Assembly (NCBI GenBank): GCA_963829055.1
Contig: CAWHHI010000004.1
Coordinates: 576,001-640,000 of the forward strand
Direction of reading: 5' to 3'
DNA length: 64,000 nt
Origin: an uncultured Gemmatimonadaceae bacterium
GTDB taxonomy: Bacteria; Gemmatimonadota; Gemmatimonadetes; Gemmatimonadales; Gemmatimonadaceae
Positions within the stretch are counted from its first letter, which is position 1. The number at the start of each line of letters is the position of its first letter. The notes under the pieces are model-generated. The model was not told the origin of the DNA. It made no database searches and saw only the letters and a list, made by a program, of their open reading frames with translations. This document shows, in pieces, positions 22,539-32,585 of this stretch. The position numbers were made by a program, and so were the translations under genes.

Positions 22539-23667
22539 TTATTCCCGCTTCCATGCCAGTGTCCGACCGCCACGCAGCGCGTGGTACATCCCGAGAAACG
22601 CCGCCGCGTTGATCATGCAGAAGTAGTACGGCAGGCGAAGCACTTTCGGCCTGAGGCGGACGAGCGCGCCCAGCAGCACGAGCGCGTAGAACGCGAGCTG
22701 AAGCGCGAACAGCGCGCGATAGAACGGCCGGTCGAGCAGGAAGAGATTCGCGCCGAGCATCGCGAGCATCGCAATGGGCACGACGAGACGTCCCGCCTTG
22801 TGGGACAGGAAGAAGAACAACGGGCCGGGTCGCAGTGGGCGGATGAGCGCCTTCATCTCGCGCAACTGCTCGAAGTTCCCGGTCATGATGCGGACGCGAC
22901 GGCTGAAGCCGCCCATCTCGTGCGCTTCCTCGTACGCAACGGCCGCAGGCTCGTACGCGACGCGATACCCGCGCGACAGGATGCGCATCGGAATCACGTA
23001 GTCGTCGTTGATCGTGCCCGGCTTCGGGAACGGGTACAGCGCGCGTCGGATCGCGTAGAGCGAGCCGTGACAGCCAAGAATGGAGCCGACGTCGGCTTCG
23101 GCGAGCTTGAGATACGTCTCGTACTTCCAGTAGAAGTCTTCCTGCTTGCCGAGCGCGGCTTCGTCGCCACGAAGCACGCGGTAGACGCCGCTCGCGGCAC
23201 CGACGTCCTCGTCGGCGAAGTTCGCCACGAGCAGCCGCATCGCGTCAGGCGCCAGCATGCTCGACGCGTCCGAGAACGCGACGATGTCGCCCGTGAGTTG
23301 CGGTATCGTGTCGTTGAGCGCGTGGAGCTTGCCGCGATTCACGGGATACGCGAACACGCGAACGCGTCCGCCGCCGATCTGCGCCGCGACGCGCTGTGCG
23401 ATGGCTGTTGTGCCGTCGTTCGGCCCGTCGCACGCGATCGCGATCTCGAGGCGATCGGCCGGATAGTCGAGCGCGAGCGCGTTCCGGATCTTCGCCTCGA
23501 TGACGTCGGCCTCGTTGTACGCCGCGACGAGCAGCGACACGGTGGGCTCGATGGGTCGCTTGGCGACGGGATGCTTCGCCACGCGCCGGAGTACGGCGAG
23601 GAGGAGCGGATAGCCCGCGTAGACGTAGACGGCGAGCGCCGCGGACGCCCAGAAAGATGGCTGTCAT
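22539..23667 (-). CDS. GT2 family glycosyltransferase (IcaA/PgaC-like membrane GT)
   Basis: N-terminal TM (..VYVYAGYP after one-T correction), VAAYNEA, RGKLHALN, FSDA, NDDY, RRVRIMTG, C-terminal TMs. Confidence 0.9.
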
Positions 23668-23744
23668 TCCGAGCGAGCGTCAGCCGGGATGCCCGCCCCG
23701 AGAGGGCACCCGCGCCGCTTCGCGGACTCCGACTCGGAATGACA
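23662..23744. repeat. GTCATTCCGAG palindromic element inside the polysaccharide operon
   Basis: TGTCATTCCGAG...CTCGGAATGACA terminal inverted repeats. Confidence 0.85.
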
Positions 23745-23773
23745 AGCGATCGCTCGGTCCGCCACCAGCAGCG

Positions 23774-24434
23774 TTAGGCAGGAACCGCGTCCACGCAGTG
23801 CAGCTTCCCGATCGTCTCGCATCGACACGACCTTGAAGCCCGACGCCTGCATGTACTTGTTCACATCCGTCTTGCTGAAGAAGTAGACCGGGCAGCCTAA
23901 CGCCGTGAGGCGCACCTTCCGGATCGGGGCACGCCACGTCCAGAGGCGCGGCCACGCCGAGAGGAACCGCCCACGCGTCATCTTGCGAATCATCTTGAGA
24001 CGCGACGTCGGGTCCGCGAAGTAGTCCCACAGCCCGATCGCGATCGTCTCGTCGAACACGTCGCTGCGGTTCCAGTCGACGATGTCCATCTGCGCGAAGT
24101 CCGTGCGACCCGCAACGCCTTCCTTCTTCGCGAGATCGCGCGCGAGCTTGAGCATCTCCGGCGCGACGTCCACGCCCATCACGCGCGTGGCGCCATGCTT
24201 CGCCAGGCTCGCCACGAAGCGCCCGGACCCGCAGCCGATGTCGCAGACCGTCTTGCCCGTGAGATCGCCGGACTTCCGCATGACCCAGTCGAATCGCTCG
24301 TAGATGTCACGACGCAGCCATTTGTCGAGCGATCGCGCGAACGCGCTCTTGTTCTCGCCGGTATAGATCGCGTCGAAGTCCTTGGCGACGTTGTTCCAGT
24401 ACTGCGCGACCTTGATGTCCTCGGTGGTCTTCAT
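23774..24434 (-). CDS. Class I SAM-dependent methyltransferase
   Basis: VCDIGCGSG motif I, GVDVAPEML; corrected frame ends ..LHCVDAVPA* at 23774. Confidence 0.88.
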
Positions 24435-24442
24435 TGGGCGGT

Positions 24443-25387
24443 TCAAACAGTCGAAGGGAAGGGAACAGCGCGGGCGGTATCAGCCAGCCCGCTGCCGCGA
24501 AAGCTCGAGAAACGCCCGAGGGCGAGTAAGCGACGTAACCGATCGTGCGTTTTCCCGAGATTCGTGTAATGGCGCAAGCGAGAACGCCTGCGCCCGCCAA
24601 GACGTGGTTGGTCGGGATCGACCTCCCACGGGTGGATATAGGCAATGAGCGGAAGGTTCTCCGCCCGCGCCCGCCGATAGCCGAGCTTCGTGTACCAGAA
24701 GGGTAAGATCCTCAGGTACCCGCCCCCGCCTACAGGCAAATTCTGTTCACCGACCATCCGGAACGTGGTGATCGGGAATTCGACGATTGGACCCGCAGGG
24801 GTCGTAACGAGGAAAGGCTGCCTTGGCGCGTCCGGAATGCCGTAGACATCGTGCCGGATGGGAAAGATGCTGGAGTCGTACGTGAATCCGGCCTCCGCGA
24901 GCACCTCGAGCGCCCAGAGCGACTTCATCGTGATGGAGTAGCTTGGCGCCCTGTAGCCGAATACAGCCTCGCCCGCGGCCTGCTCGATCACGTCCTTGGC
25001 GCGCCGGGTGTCGGCGGCAAACTCCTCGCGATCGAGCTTGTAGATGAGCCGGTGCCAGTACGAATGACAGGCAGGCTCGTGTCCTCGGGCGACGATGTCC
25101 CGGACCAATTTCGGGTACCGATCCGCGACCCAGCCGAGGATGAAAAACGTGCCCTTCACGCCGGTTTCGTCGAGGAGATCCAACAACCGTTGCGTGTTCG
25201 CCTCAACCCGGCACGGGTAACTTTCCCAGCGCTGTCGATCGACGACGTCCGAGAACGCCTCGACGTGGAAGTAGTCCTCCACGTCCACGGAGAACACGTT
25301 GCCGCTCGCGTCAGCCACGGGGCCTCGACTCGATCTCGAGGCCGCATTGGAGGCCCGACTGGGCGAGGCAACGTGTGGGACCGGCAT
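24443..25387 (-). CDS. Polysaccharide deacetylase, DUF3473 / exosortase-system type
   Basis: FSVDVEDYFH, TFFILGWVA, GYRAPSYSI, YDSSIFP, GGGGYLRI, YIHPWEVDPDQPR. Confidence 0.92.
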   Translation of the reverse strand: MPVPHVASPSRASNAASRSSRGPVADASGNVFSVDVEDYFHVEAFSDVVDRQRWESYPCRVEANTQRLLDLLDETGVKGTFFILGWVADRYPKLVRDIVARGHEPACHSYWHRLIYKLDREEFAADTRRAKDVIEQAAGEAVFGYRAPSYSITMKSLWALEVLAEAGFTYDSSIFPIRHDVYGIPDAPRQPFLVTTPAGPIVEFPITTFRMVGEQNLPVGGGGYLRILPFWYTKLGYRRARAENLPLIAYIHPWEVDPDQPRLGGRRRSRLRHYTNLGKTHDRLRRLLALGRFSSFRGSGLADTARAVPFPSTV

Positions 25388-25603
25388 TCAGGGGCATGGT
25401 AGGGGTACGATGTGACTGACGCCGCCGGGGAATCAGACCGAGGCGAGCGTCATTGATGGAGACGAGTTGGTGCGGCCGCGGAGCGGACGAGTGGACCGGC
25501 CGATTTTCCGGGTCGGACGGTTCCCGCCGCCCCGGGCACGCTCGGTGGGGGAGTGCAAAGGTCGAGCCGACGTGGGACGCCCGTCTCGACCTCCATGTTC
25601 AGG

Positions 25604-25900
25604 CTACCCGGGGCGGTCGGTCCGGTCGCCAGCCCGACTGTTTCTTTCCCGGGCCGCGCGGCTGTCCACCATGCGCTCGTAGTTCTCTTCGCTCGTGGTC
25701 CACAGGTACCGACCGAACAGATACCCGCAGAGCGGGAAGACGAGCATGGCGACCCCGATGCCGGTCTTCAGGTGCTGCGTCATGACGAGCCGCCAGACGA
25801 AGCCCTGCTCCTGGACGACCTGATAGGCGATGGTCACGAGCGCGACGGGGATGCCCCAGCCGAACACGCCGCGCCGCCAGATGAACGTGGAGCGCCCCAT
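25604..25900 (-). CDS. Small two-TM hypothetical membrane protein (start uncertain)
   Basis: MGRSTFIWRRGVFGWG...FPLCGYLFGRYLW segment of ORF 25604..26083. Confidence 0.6.
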   Translation of the reverse strand: MGRSTFIWRRGVFGWGIPVALVTIAYQVVQEQGFVWRLVMTQHLKTGIGVAMLVFPLCGYLFGRYLWTTSEENYERMVDSRAARERNSRAGDRTDRPG

Positions 25901-26183
25901 GGCGCGGGTGCGCTCCCAACGAGCGACTGCCTGCGGACGTCCGTCCGTCGATTCTGTGGGGCCAGGAGCTTCGCCTGAGCGGGAGTCGCGAGCAACCATC
26001 GAGAACCCTGAGGGAGTGAGCCCAAGCCCACCGCAGTCGGCGCGGCAGCCCGTCGACGTAGGATGGCCTGGTGCCTTCCCCAAGGCAATCGGTCCCGGCC
26101 GTCAGTAGCCATCTCGGACGAATAGTGAACGGATGCAGGGGATCTGACGGATCGACTCCATGCACGAGGGCTCGCGCATGCGG

Positions 26184-26261
26184 TGTCATCCCGAGCGCCA
26201 GCGATTGTCATCCCTCGTCATGCACCCGCCTGCGGCGGGTTCCGCGCTCGGCGTGATGACA
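26184..26261. repeat. Degenerate GTCATCCCGAGCG palindromic element
   Basis: TGTCATCCCGAGCG ... CGCTCGGCGTGATGACA with an inner ACCCGCC/GGCGGGT hairpin. Confidence 0.65.
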
Positions 26262-26385
26262 AGGGAATCAATCCGCCAGATCAGACGAATCCGTTGCCCC
26301 TTCGTCTGAGATACTTGTTGACGCAGTCCTCGGCGTCCTCGGCGGTGACCTGGCGGTTGTCGTTGCAGTCACATGATGAGATCGC

Positions 26386-27554
26386 CTAACGCAGCAACAG
26401 CTTTGCGATCGTCTGCAGCTGCATGTTGGACGTCCCCTCGTAGATCGCGCCGATCTTCGCGTCGCGATAGAACTTCTCGACCGGATAGTCCTTCGTGTAG
26501 CCGTAGCCGCCGAACAGCTCGAGCGAGAGCGACGTCACGCGCTCGCGCGACCTGCGACGAGAACAGCTTCGCCATCGCGCCTTCGCATCGCGATGTCGTG
26601 GCCGGCGTCCTTGAGCCGCGCCGCGTTGTACACCATGAGCCGCGCCGCCTCGAGCTCCGTGCCGCCTGCGCGAGCTGGAACTGGATCTCCCTGGAACTCG
26701 GCGAGCGGCTTGCCGAACTGCGTGCGCTCCTTCACGTAGTCGTCGCCGCGCCGAGCGCGCCCGCGCCACGCCGATCATCTGCGCGCCGATGCCGATGCGG
26801 CCTTCGTTCAGCGTCTCGATCGCGATCTTGTAGCCCTGGCCCACCGGACCGAGCACGTTCTCCGTCGGGCACCTCGACGCCGTCGAGAATCAGCTCCGTC
26901 GTGCTCGACGCGCGGATGCCGAGCTTGTCCTCCTTCTTGCCGACGGCGAAGCCCGTGCAAGCTCGCGCTCGACGATGAACGCCGTGATCCCCTTGTAGCC
27001 CGGCTGACGGATTCGCGTTCGCGAACACGACGTAGATCTCCGCCTCGGCGCCGTTGGTGATCCACATCTTCCGGCCGGTGAGCACCCAGCGGTCGCCGCG
27101 CTGCTCGGCGCGCGTCGCGAGCCCGAATGCGTCGGAGCCGGACGACGGCTCGCGACAGCGCGTACGCGCCGACCGTGTCGCCGTCGAGCCGCGGCAGGTA
27201 CTTCGCCTTGAGCGCGTCGCTGCCGTACCGGCTGATCGGATAGTTCACGAGCGTGTTCTGCACGTCGCACACGATCGCCGCGGACGCGTCGACCTTGCTG
27301 ATCTCCTCGACGGCGAGCGCGACCATCATGCAGCGAGCCGCCGGCGCCGCCGTACTGCTCCGGCACCTCGATCCCCATGAGGCCCATCTCGAAGTACTTC
27401 GGGACGAGCGCGGGATCGATCTTCGCCGCGCGCTCCATCTGCCTGCACGCGCGGGCGAACTTCGTCGTTCGCGAAGCCGGCGACGGCGTCGCGGAACATC
27501 TGCTCGTCCTCGGAGAGGATCGTGAGCGGCGGATGTGCGGTCTGTTGCAGTCAT
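26386..27554 (-). CDS. Acyl-CoA dehydrogenase (short/branched-chain type); heavily frameshifted
   Basis: AVEEISKVDAS, KMWITNG, KKEDKLGIRASST, LNEGRIGIGAQ, GGYGYTKDYPVEKFYRDAKIGAIYEGTSN. Confidence 0.92.
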
Positions 27555-27596
27555 CGATCGAAAATCGATTTGAAGGAGAGTTCGGCGCGGGAGCCA

Positions 27597-28701
27597 TCAA
27601 ACGACGGGACTGGAGCGCGCCGGAACGCCGTCGGCGGCATGGGTCGTAAGGTAATCGGCGCCGCGCGCCGCCTTCGAACCCGCGCAGCTCGTCGATCACG
27701 TACATGGGACGCTGCTTCACTTCGTCGTAGATGCGACTCAGGTATTCCCCGACGATACCGATCATGAGCAACTGAGCGCCGCCGAGCAGAAGAATGACCA
27801 CGAGCGTCGACGCCCACCCCTGCACGGTATCGGCACCGACCAGCCGCTGATACACCGCCCATCCGGTCAGAACGAGGCTGATCGTCGACGCGGTGAGTCC
27901 GAGGTAGGTGGCCACGCGCAGCGGGACCTTGGAGAATGACACGATCCCATTGATGCCGAGGGCGAGCGACTTCCAGAACGTGTACTTGGGCTCCCCCGCA
28001 TAACGCGGCGGCCGCTCGAACTGCACCGCGGTCTGACGGAATCCGAGCCAGGCCCGGAGCCCGCGCAGGTATCGATTGCGCTCGGGCATCCGGTTCAGCA
28101 GGTCCACCACGCGCCGATCCATGAGACAGAAATCGCCCGTGTCCGCGGGAATCTCGACGTCAGTGAGATGCTGGAGCAGCCGGTAGTACGTGAACGCGAT
28201 CCCGCGCTTGAACGCACCTTCCGCGCGACGGGCCACGCGTTGCGCGTACACCACGTGATAGCCTTCGCGCCACCGCGCGATCATGACCGCCAGCAGCTCG
28301 GGGGGATCCTGGAGATCTGCGTCCATGACGACCACGGCGCTTCCCTGAGCAAAGTGCAGCCCAGCCGTGACGGCCGCCTGATGGCCGAAATTCCGTGAGA
28401 AATGCACGCTCCGGAACCGCGGGTCTCGCCGCGTCATCTCGGCGATCATCTCCGCGGTGCGATCGCGGCTCCCGTCATCGATCAACACCACTTCATACGA
28501 CACGCCGAGCGTCGCGAGCCGGTCGCGAATGGTCGAGAAGAGCATGTCCAGCGTCGCTTCCTCGTTGAACACGGGAATGACGAGCGAGATGAGCACGGGC
28601 TCGGCTCTCGGTTCGGTTCCCGCAGCGAGCAATGGTATGAGCGATGGTGTGAGATCGCCCGTCATCGAGGAAGTGCCTGACAGTGGCGTGCTCGTATCCA
28701 T
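27597..28701 (-). CDS. GT2 glycosyltransferase, GtrB/undecaprenyl-phosphate type (3' end approximate)
   Basis: VIPVFNEE, IDDGSRD, FSRNFGHQAA, MDADLQDPPE, GDFCLMDR, two C-terminal TMs, GEYLSRIYDEVKQRP. Confidence 0.92.
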
Positions 28702-28715
28702 GGGCGTCCGTCGAG

Positions 28716-30293
28716 TCAGGGCGCCGCGGCAGCCGCCGCCGGCGCGTTCCCTCGAAGTTGCATGGCGACACGCACGAGCGCGAGCACACGCTCGCGGAAC
28801 AGGAACCACAGCGCGCCCGCGTAACAGACGGCACCCGCCACGACCTTGATCACGAGCGTCGCCAGGCGCGGCGTCGTCGGCGGAATGACGAGGGCGATCG
28901 CGAGCACACCGACCGCCATGATAGCGGTCGATACGAGCGCGGGGCGGAGGACCGGCAGGTACGATCGCGGCCCGATTCCCAGGTGCGTCGCCACCCGCCG
29001 CAGCAGTGGGAACATGACCATCGGTGCGTGGCAGACGATCCACGCGGCGGCGATTCCATTGATACCCCATCGGGCCCCGACGGCGAAGCCTAACGGGAGA
29101 ACGATTGCCGCGATGACGCTCCGCTTCATCGTGTAGCGCGCGTCGCCGGTAATCGTGAGTGCTTGCGAGAGGATCGGTGTGAGTGAGCGGATGCCGGCGT
29201 ACAACACGAGCAGCCGCAGCGGCGTGACGGCCGGCTTCCACTTGTCGCCCACGATCGCCAACAGATCGTTGGCGACGAGCGCGAGCCCCATGGTCGCGGG
29301 GAGCAATGCGAGCGCGAGCGTCCCGGTGATCTGCGTGAGGTACCGCGTGAGCAGCGCCGAGTCATGCTTCGCCGCCGAGAAGATCGACGACGTCACCCCC
29401 GTGAGGAGACTCGTGACCTTGTCGACGATCGAATAGGCGAGGTTCCACGCAAACGTGTACGCACCGAGCGCGGCTGCGCCGAGCAATTTCCCGGCGACGA
29501 AGAAGTCCGCGTTCTGGAACACGTACCACGCGATCGACCCGATGATGATATCGCGACTGAGATGGAGCGCACCTCGAAGCTCGTCGAACTTCGGGCGTCG
29601 GAATGGCAGCGGCAACGACGTCAGCGCGATGACCGTCGCGATACTGCTGCCGAGCAGCGCGGCGAGGACCAGCGCCCAGTAGCGGAGTCCGGCGAACGCC
29701 AGCGTGATCGACGCCGTCGCGGTGACGAGGCTGTTCACACCGTCGAGAAACGCGACGCGGCCGAATCGCAGCTGTCGCTGAAGCGCGGCCTGGGGCACCG
29801 TGCGGAGCGACATGATGACGAAATTCCCGCTCAACACGATCACGACCCACCGGAGTTCGGGGGCCTTGAAGAACGCCGCCATCGGTCCGGCGATGATGCA
29901 CGAGAAGATGAAGCCCGCCACGCCGATGATCGTCGAGAGCGAGTGCATCTGGCCGAGTCGGTCGCCGCGCAGGTCACGCATGGCGATGATCGTCGTCCCG
30001 AGCCCTGCCTCGTTCATCATCGTGAGCAGCCCGAGGTACACCGCCGCCATGCCCACGAGACCGTAGTCTTCCGGCGACAACAGTCGAGCGACCGCCAGGG
30101 TCGATACCCACGCCGCGATCTGCGTGACCCACTTGATGGCCCCCGTCCACGCGACGCCGCGAACGAGGCTGCGGTCCAGCGTCGCGCGATCGTAATTCCG
30201 CCGCGCCTCGAGGTCGGCGTCGCTGGATTGCGGTGTCGCGGCCGTGCCAGCCGGTGGTGTGGTCACGATCGACGGCGGTTGCGGCGCGCTCAT
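28716..30293 (-). CDS. wzx: Wzx-type polysaccharide flippase (WzxC-like)
   Basis: LARLL-type motif ARLLSPEDYGL, about 12 hydrophobic segments, DFFVAGKLLGAAALGAY. Confidence 0.88.
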   Translation of the reverse strand: MSAPQPPSIVTTPPAGTAATPQSSDADLEARRNYDRATLDRSLVRGVAWTGAIKWVTQIAAWVSTLAVARLLSPEDYGLVGMAAVYLGLLTMMNEAGLGTTIIAMRDLRGDRLGQMHSLSTIIGVAGFIFSCIIAGPMAAFFKAPELRWVVIVLSGNFVIMSLRTVPQAALQRQLRFGRVAFLDGVNSLVTATASITLAFAGLRYWALVLAALLGSSIATVIALTSLPLPFRRPKFDELRGALHLSRDIIIGSIAWYVFQNADFFVAGKLLGAAALGAYTFAWNLAYSIVDKVTSLLTGVTSSIFSAAKHDSALLTRYLTQITGTLALALLPATMGLALVANDLLAIVGDKWKPAVTPLRLLVLYAGIRSLTPILSQALTITGDARYTMKRSVIAAIVLPLGFAVGARWGINGIAAAWIVCHAPMVMFPLLRRVATHLGIGPRSYLPVLRPALVSTAIMAVGVLAIALVIPPTTPRLATLVIKVVAGAVCYAGALWFLFRERVLALVRVAMQLRGNAPAAAAAAP

Positions 30294-32059
30294 CCGCCGC
30301 CGTCAGCGTTAGGCGTGAGCGTCCATCGACCGTTCGCGACCTTGTACATGTCCGTGAACGCGTTGGCGTAGTCCACGGCATACGCGTAATCGCCCACCCC
30401 CAGCCAATGCGCGACCGACGCGGCGAGGAGATAGCGTCGATCGAGCAGTGGCGTGGGGAACGTGCCCGACATGAGCACTCGCGCCGTCTCGCCGACAATG
30501 CTTCGCCGACGCTGCCGTCTCACGATGTCCTTCTGGCGATCGCCCCACTGATCGATCGCACTGGCAGGCAGCGGGATCGGACATGGCTCGTGTCCCGGAT
30601 AGGTCTGCCACGCGACCTGTTGGATGGTCGACGGGAAGAACTTCAGGGCCTCGTTGTACAGGCGGTGTCCCACGCCGAAGTCGGCCGGAGCAGCGGCCAC
30701 CGCCTCGATCAGTTCGTAGTCGTAGAACGGGAGATGGAACTCCAGCCGATGCAGGTCGACATCCTCGAAATGCAGCGTGAGATGGCGACGCTGGTCGTGA
30801 ACCATTCGGAAGAAGTAGAGCTCGCGGCCCGGCTCTGCCTCGCATCGCACCTCGTCGAACGCCTCACGCGTACCTTGATGCACGAGGTCGCGAACCGCGG
30901 CGGACATGTCGCGCCGGAAGACACGGATCGGGACGGCAATCTCGTGTTCGGCGAAATACCTGGTGACTGCTTCGTCGCGCTTGCCCGCGCGCAGCAACGC
31001 GATGACGCTCGCGTAGACGCCGACGAACCCGAGACCAACGCTGCCTCCGTCGCCGGACCAGATCAGGCCGGGCCGCTCGGGTGGCAGCGTCGCTCGCTTC
31101 GTCGACGCGCCCCAGACATCAGCCATCGTCATCGACCAGCGGACGGGATCGGGGGGCCGCGGTATGCGTGTGTGTATGGACTGCACGATACCCGCGAACG
31201 CGTCGCCGAGGATCTGATCCTTCGTGCCGTCGGTGGCGAAGTTGAACGTGTGCAGCTTGACGCCGCGGGCAACGAGCTCGGCGACGAGGCATCGCGAGTC
31301 GAGTCCGCCGCTCAGGAACGCGACCGAGGTTGTATCAGATCCCAACCGTCGGTCCACGGCGCGACTGAACAGCGCGTGCACCTTCTCGGCGGCCTGCGCG
31401 ATCTGGATTTTCTCCTCCGGCACCGCCGCAATGTTCCAGTACCTCGACCGACGGACCGCGCGGTTCTCGAACAGCACGACTTCGGCATCGCGAATCGCGT
31501 AGATGTCGCGGTACGCCGTGCGATCCGCCAACGGGTAGCCGAGCGCCAACGTCTCCAGCGCGCCGCGAACGTCCATCACTTTCGGCAGACTCCGAAGCCC
31601 TTCGAGGACGCGAAGCGCGCCGGCGAAGTACACGACGTCGTCGGTGACGGCGTAGTAGATCGGCCGCACGCCAAGTTTGTCCGCGATGAGCGCGACCGAG
31701 CCGCTACGCTCGTTGAAGTGCAAGCCCGCGAAGCAGCCGATGCTCCGCGCTGTCGTCGAGAAATCACCCCGGTTCCACGCGTCGTGAAGGCGCGCAATGT
31801 CGGCAGCGCGTCCCTGCATGAGTCCATCGGCAAGGAGCGGCTCGCCAGCGACGAGCGTCGCACCTACGCCAGCGTCGCAGCGAAGAGAGCTGGTGTCGAA
31901 TGCTCCGGTCTCGACGTAGACGATCGCCCCGCGACTGAACGGGACCACGCTCGCCGAGTCCTGCGGCCGGCGTGAGACCAACCCGCGGAGCTCATCGATC
32001 AGCGACGATGAACTCGGCAGATGGGGGTCGCGCAGGTAGTATCCAGCCCACACCGTCAC
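30290..32059 (-). CDS. Asparagine-synthetase-related protein lacking N-terminal Cys
   Basis: DKLGVRPIYY, FLSGGLDSR (PP-loop), SGDGG, PFYDYELIE. Confidence 0.82.
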   Translation of the reverse strand: MTVWAGYYLRDPHLPSSSSLIDELRGLVSRRPQDSASVVPFSRGAIVYVETGAFDTSSLRCDAGVGATLVAGEPLLADGLMQGRAADIARLHDAWNRGDFSTTARSIGCFAGLHFNERSGSVALIADKLGVRPIYYAVTDDVVYFAGALRVLEGLRSLPKVMDVRGALETLALGYPLADRTAYRDIYAIRDAEVVLFENRAVRRSRYWNIAAVPEEKIQIAQAAEKVHALFSRAVDRRLGSDTTSVAFLSGGLDSRCLVAELVARGVKLHTFNFATDGTKDQILGDAFAGIVQSIHTRIPRPPDPVRWSMTMADVWGASTKRATLPPERPGLIWSGDGGSVGLGFVGVYASVIALLRAGKRDEAVTRYFAEHEIAVPIRVFRRDMSAAVRDLVHQGTREAFDEVRCEAEPGRELYFFRMVHDQRRHLTLHFEDVDLHRLEFHLPFYDYELIEAVAAAPADFGVGHRLYNEALKFFPSTIQQVAWQTYPGHEPCPIPLPASAIDQWGDRQKDIVRRQRRRSIVGETARVLMSGTFPTPLLDRRYLLAASVAHWLGVGDYAYAVDYANAFTDMYKVANGRWTLTPNADGGG

Positions 32060-32585
32060 AGTGGCGCCCCTCGACTCGCTCTGGCGGCCAAGCCGAACAC
32101 GCTCACCTGCAAGGCTCGTCGGGCCACAACGGGGACGCTCCGGTTCGCTGATTCAATCAAGTGGTCCGATGGTTCCTGAGGGTGCGGTCGCCCGCATCAT
32201 GCACGCGGCGCGCCGCCTACCGAGACGTGGAATTGCGCCTCAAGGGTACACGGTGACGAGGGCATGTAGTAATGTCGCAACAGCTGGCCTCACCGTTGCG
32301 ACTTCCGTGCAACGGACGCTCGAGAACGAGGCAATGTCCCGTAATTTCCGAATGTGGCCGCGTACCGTCCTGGCTATCTGGCAGGACTGCCGAGCCTGTG
32401 GTTCCCAAGCCGACACGACGATAATATCAGCCGACGGATCTCCCCGGCTATCAGCCCGCCAGCGGCTCGCCTGACGCGCTGACACTCGTAACGACTAATA
32501 CCCACCACCTGGTGTATTCAACGCCTCGGTATTGCCGCGCCACATCAGACGCCCTTGCTAGCGATTGCCGTGTGGCGGGCGCGAC

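Noticed and set aside
1021..26261. CRISPR array or integron attC sites from the palindromic repeats
   Set aside because: Copies are dispersed singly with no regular repeat-spacer period; no cas or integrase gene; no GTTRRRY/RYYYAAC boxes at the ends.
26890..29241. 783-aa fusion of glycosyltransferase with acyl-CoA dehydrogenase sequence
   Set aside because: Artefact of frameshifts joining three adjacent genes.
30290..32059. Lasso-peptide cyclase / RiPP cluster
   Set aside because: No precursor, PqqD/RRE or transglutaminase-like B protein seen; neighbours are a flippase and glycosyltransferases.
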